A stretch of 64,000 nucleotides of DNA from Mobula hypostoma (Eukaryota): positions 16,990,001-17,054,000 of the forward strand of contig NC_086109.1 in NCBI RefSeq assembly GCF_963921235.1, given 5' to 3'. Numbering within the stretch: position 1 is the stretch's first letter; the number at the start of each line of letters is the position of its first letter. The notes beneath the pieces are model-generated. The model was not told the origin of the DNA. It saw nothing but the letters and a program-made list of their open reading frames with translations, and made no database searches. The position numbers and the translations under genes were made by a program. Below are positions 59,597 to 64,000 of the stretch, piece by piece.

Positions 59597-61772
59597 GTAG
59601 TAGTGTCTATGTGTTTATCATGTCTATGTAGTACTTTGTTATGCAGTACTACAACGATTTCTGGATGAGGTTTTCCACTCAGCAATTTACAACTAGGTGG
59701 CAGAGCTTGGATGTTGGAATCCCAATGGGATGTGCGATTTCACCCATCCTTTTTGTGTTAGCCATGGAGGTCATTGTGAGGGCTGCAGAATCAGTGGGAC
59801 CAGGTGTCGCACTTGATGGTGGAGAGAAGTTACCACCAATACGAGCATTCATGGATAATCTCACCCTTTTGGGTCCCAGCACAGAGGCAGTGGAAAGTGT
59901 ACTATCAAGACTCGAGGAGAATGAAGTTCAAGACCAAGAAGTCAAGGAGCCTTGTTCTTAGGAGAGGAAAGTTGGTTGACTTTCATTTCACCCTTTGTGG
60001 AGAGGAGATTCCATCCATTCAGGACCAACCAGTTAAGAGCCTCGGACGATGGTACACAGAGTAGCTGAGAGACACCAAGAGGGTTCAAGAGACAGGAGAA
60101 CAGATCAGCAGAGGTCTGATGTCTGTCGACAAGTATGGCTTGCCTGGCAAGTTGAAGTTGTGGTGCTTGCAGTACGGACTGATGCCACAGATAATGTGGC
60201 CACTAACTGTCTAGTAAGTGGCAATGTCCCATGTTGAGGCAATGGAACGGAAGATCAACAAGTATGTGAAGAAGTGGCTTGGAGTACCGAGCAGCCTCGC
60301 CAATGTTGCAATCCACAGTAGCCAGACAAAGTTTACCATCCCAGTGCAATCCCTTGTTGAAGAGGTCAAGGTAGCCAAGGTAAGATCATTCTTGATGCTT
60401 CGAGACTCAAAAGACCCTGTCATCAAGAACATTCAGTCAGATGTGAGATCAGGCAGGAAGTGGTCAGCCCGTGTAGCAGTTGATGAGGCAGAGTCTAGAT
60501 TGAAGCACAAGGAGACGGTTGGGGCTATCCAGCTAGGCCGCCAGGGACTTGGATGGACAACCCACAAGTGGTGGTCATCTTCTGTGGGTAAGGAGCGCTG
60601 TGAGCTTGTAACACAAGAAATACGAGAGGTAGAAGAGGAGAAGAGGTCAGCTGGCCTGGCCAAACAAGGGGCTTGGACCTGGTGGGAAAGTGTTGAACAA
60701 CGACATCTATCTTGGAATGTTCTGTGGCAGTTGGAACTGCTCCACATTTCTCTTCTATGCAGAGCAGCGTACGATTTGCTCCCAATACCTGCCAACCTCA
60801 GCACCTGATATGAAGATAAGACAGACAGGTGTGCTGCTTGTGGCGAGAAGGGAACACTTCAACATATCTTGAGTGCATGCAGAGTCAATCTTTCCAGCGG
60901 CATGTACACTTGGAGACATAACAACGTTCTCAAAGTTGTAACAGAAGTGGTTGAGCAGAGAGTACTGCAGCACAACTTATCTCATGCCCCATGCTGCACA
61001 GAACATTGCAATCATTTGTGAAAGAAGGCTCCAAGTCAAGAGTGTACAGTGCAGGCTCACGATCAAGCATACTTTCTTCAGCCAATGATTGGTGTGTCAA
61101 GGCTGACCTGGACGGGAAAGGCAGTTTCCTGGAGCACATAGCTTTCACCACATTGTGTCCAGATATAATCGTATGGTCTGACACCAGTAGAGAAGTGGTT
61201 ATTGGTGAACTCACAGTCCCCTGGGAAGACAACACCGATGAAGCCCACGAGTGCAAGTTAACCAAGTATGCAGAATTAAGATCAGAGTGCAGAGACAGAG
61301 GGTGGAAGGTCTCATGCTGTCCATTCGAAGTAGGCTGCCGTGGATTTATTGCGTTCACTCTCCAGAAGTGGCTGCGTGACCTTGGCTTCACTAGACGAGA
61401 GAACAAGTCAACCAGCAGGGCTGTAGCTGAGGCAGCAGAGAAAGGATCAGCATGGGTGTGGACCAAGTATGTCCAGAGGGGCAGATAGTCAGACAGTGTA
61501 TACATATCTTGCAAACCCTTCAGTAGTTGCATAGACACCTGAAAAGCAGACTATCTGTTGGATGGAAGCGACCAACAACTCTGATAGAGGCAGATGCCAA
61601 GTTTTTAAGCTCACCAGTGGGAGGTGGTGCTTTAGCACTGCTGGCCCACCACCTCCAGGGAGTCTTGATCACAAGCGGGCCGAAACTCCTGAAGACAGGT
61701 GGCAGATCAACTGATGATCCCACTGGTGTTAGCACAAGACAGTTAACATCTTCGTCCACATATATTTTCAAT
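59597..61772 (+). mobile_element. 5'-truncated Hero-like non-LTR retrotransposon (RT + CCHC knuckle + restriction-like endonuclease)
   Basis: GIPMGCAISPILFVLAMEVI...PPIRAFMDNLTLL (RT), PVKSLGRWY, CAACGEKGTLQHILSAC at 60830-60880, YTWRHNNVL, PDIIVWS...IGELTVPWE...K..KY..L...GW.....FEVGCRG; stop at 61488; several frameshifts. Confidence 0.9.
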
Positions 61773-61804
61773 TCTTTATCTATCTATTAATCTACCTATT
61801 TAGC

Positions 61805-62350
61805 GATGAAGGGTGCTTAGGGTGTCCAGGGAGGGTGAGCACCCCTGGTGAAGGGGCTTGTCACGTCCATTCCAGGGCAGCTCTCTCACCTTTGGTCTCC
61901 ACCAGGCACTCAGCTCTCACCTGTGGCTCCAAGTAGCTGCCTGTACACAACAGTGTCCACCCTCCAGTACACCGCTTTGACAGGTGGGCTAAACCAGGTA
62001 AGGGCAGCCAGCATGACTCATACCCCAGTGAGATAGGGACATGTCAGTCCTAGCATGCGCAGTCAGCTAGTCAGCTAGTCAGCTCCAGCAGCCTGGGCAG
62101 CTGAGATCTACAGTCAGATCCAACAGCAAGGAAAGCAGCATTGCAACGCTCCGCGGAGAGCGAAGGGTAGGACGAGGCACAGAAGACGCCGTGGTTATCT
62201 ACTGCAACCACAGAGGATCCCAGATTGTGACACTTGTTTGTACCACTGGGCTCGGACTTCTGAGGTTGAGAGAGTGGAACTGCTGCAATGCAATGGCTTT
62301 TCCACTTTAGATAATCTACCACAGAAAGCTCCTGTCATCATCAGACATGC
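61805..62350 (+). repeat. Unclassified interspersed repeat, partner of 24110-24570
   Basis: Shared blocks with 24110-24570 in opposite orientation; no credible ORF. Confidence 0.65.
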
Positions 62351-62384
62351 TTTGTGTCACCACCAGCTTTGTGGCAAAGACAAA

Positions 62385-62870
62385 GTACAATGGCGTCTCT
62401 TCCACCTCAGGCGAATGAAGAAGTTTGGCATGGGCCCCCCAACTCCTCAAAACCTTCTACAGGGGCACCATTGAGAACATCCTGACTGGCTGTATCACCG
62501 CCTGGTACAGGAACTGCACCAACCTTGAGTGCTGGGCACTGCAGAGAGCGATACGGACAGCCCAGCACATCTGGGATTTGAACTTCCCTCCATCGAGGAC
62601 ATTCACCGCAGCAGGTGCAGAAAGAAGCCCTGGAAGATCATCAGGGACACCAGTCACCCCAACCATAAACTGTTTCAGTTGCTTCCGTCTGGCAAACGGT
62701 ACCACAGCATTAAAGCCAGGTCCAACAGGCTACAAGACAGCTTCTTTCTACAAGCCATTAGCCTTTTAAATTCACACGTCTGTACATTGCAACGGAGTCA
62801 TTATGCAAAGATTTTTACTCCCTCACATTGTGGGATGGATGTGAGATTCAAATTAATTCTAATTCTAATT
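62385..62870 (+). mobile_element. Rex1/Babar-like LINE 3' fragment
   Basis: RLFHLRRMKKFGM...FYRGTIENILTGCITAWY...HPNHKLFQLLPSGKRY; (aattct)n tail. Confidence 0.85.
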
Positions 62871-63189
62871 CCCTGACGGACAACCATCTCTACAGTATGG
62901 TACAGACTCATCCAGCCCAGCAATCCAGGTATTTAACACTAGCCTAATCACAGGAATGTTTACAATGACCAATTAACCTACTAACCGATCCATCTTTGGA
63001 CAGTGGGAGGAAACTGGAGCACCCGGAGGAAACCCACGAGATTCACAGAGGGCATACTCCTTCTTGATGGTGCTGGAATTGAACTCCAAACTCCTGAATG
63101 CCCCAAGATGTAATTATGTTGTGCTAATCACTAACACTATGCCATTTAATATATTTAATAAGGTAGCCTCTTCGGCTTCTCTAGCAGAG

Positions 63190-63797
63190 AATTTCAGATT
63201 CGCTACTCTGGGACAAGCAGTTTCTCTTCATCGCCATTGTAAACCTATACCCCAAATCTTAAGGCTGTCCCCTAGTTCTAGTCTCAACTACCAGTAGAAA
63301 CAACTTTCCTGTCTCCATCTTATCTATCCCTTTCATAATTTTATGTGTGTTAATAAGATCTCCTCTCATTCTTCTGAATTCCAATGAGTATAGTCCCAGG
63401 TGACTCAAACTCTCCTCATAGTCTAACCTCCTCACCTCCACAATCAGTCTGGTGAACCTCCTCTGCGCCACCTACAAATCTAGTTTATCTGTCCCTCAGG
63501 TAAGGAGACCAAAACTGCACACAGTGTTCCGGTGCAGCCTCACCAGTACACAGTACTGTTGCAGGATAACCTCCCTGCTCTTAAATTCAGTCCCCTCAAT
63601 GAAGGTCAAAGATCCATATGCTTTCATGAAAAGCTGCTATACCTGCGAACCAACATTTCGTGATTTATGCACAAGCAATCCCAAATCCCTCTCCACAACA
63701 ACATGCTGCAACCTTTCACCATCTACATAAATATCTGATCTCCTATTATCCTTCCCAAGTCGATGACCTCACATTTACAAACGTTGTACTCCATTTG
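63190..63797 (-). mobile_element. CR1 LINE fragment
   Basis: AQRRFTRLI...LGLYSLEFRRMRGDLI..HKIMKGID...ETRTRG. Confidence 0.85.
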
Positions 63798-64000
63798 GTT
63801 ATTATTCAATTATAGATTTACTGAGTATGCCCACAAGAAAATAAAGCTCAGAGTTATATATAGTGACGTGATATACTTCAATAATAATTTTACTTTGAAC
63901 TTTGAACCTTTGAACTTTAATGCGCTCCTCACCAATCAGTACTCCAATGCTGCAAAGTTTACTAGACCAAAATCAATAAAATATATATATTTATTTCATT

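Noticed and set aside
61659..61717. Hammerhead ribozyme in the Hero-like 3' UTR (GGAGUC...GAAACUCC and a downstream CUGAUGA)
   Set aside because: No type I, II or III arrangement places CUGANGA between properly paired stems I and II; kept only as a structured RNA candidate.
1..64000. Most short ORFs in the supplied track as genes; prokaryotic defence-type systems
   Set aside because: The ORFs are TE remnants or random frames with alternative starts. The RT, GIY-YIG and PD-(D/E)xK-like domains are all explained by known eukaryotic retroelement classes.

Overview
Eukaryotic, repeat-dense vertebrate DNA; the repeat families point to a cartilaginous fish, probably a ray (inference, not a database result). 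One host gene is supported: the 3' part of a + strand PDZRN3/PDZRN4/PDZD4 (LNX3-5) family gene. It has three recognisable, phase-compatible coding exons (33860-34044, 39580-39679, 49212-50522), ending in the family signature NKKIFDNW.TIQELL.HG...LSVTTV. The paralogue is very divergent: I cannot find the exons for the family's complete PDZ domain, and the WKVK.RSDG motif is gone. Its first exon was not identified. Nearly everything else is transposable-element sequence: CR1 and Rex1/Babar-like LINEs, an RTE fragment, a 5'-truncated Hero-like restriction-endonuclease-type retrotransposon, Penelope-like elements, a full-length decayed Tc1 and internally deleted Tc1 derivatives, hAT-type MITEs, two solo LTRs, and tRNA-derived CORE- and V-type SINEs, often nested with readable target-site duplications (TSDs). 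The most notable non-annotated signal is a minimal hammerhead-ribozyme motif carried by many Penelope terminal-repeat copies, which often form fold-back insertions, one of them just after the gene's stop codon. No CRISPR array, rRNA or true tRNA gene is supported. Family assignments come from remembered motifs; repeat boundaries without a stated TSD are approximate.
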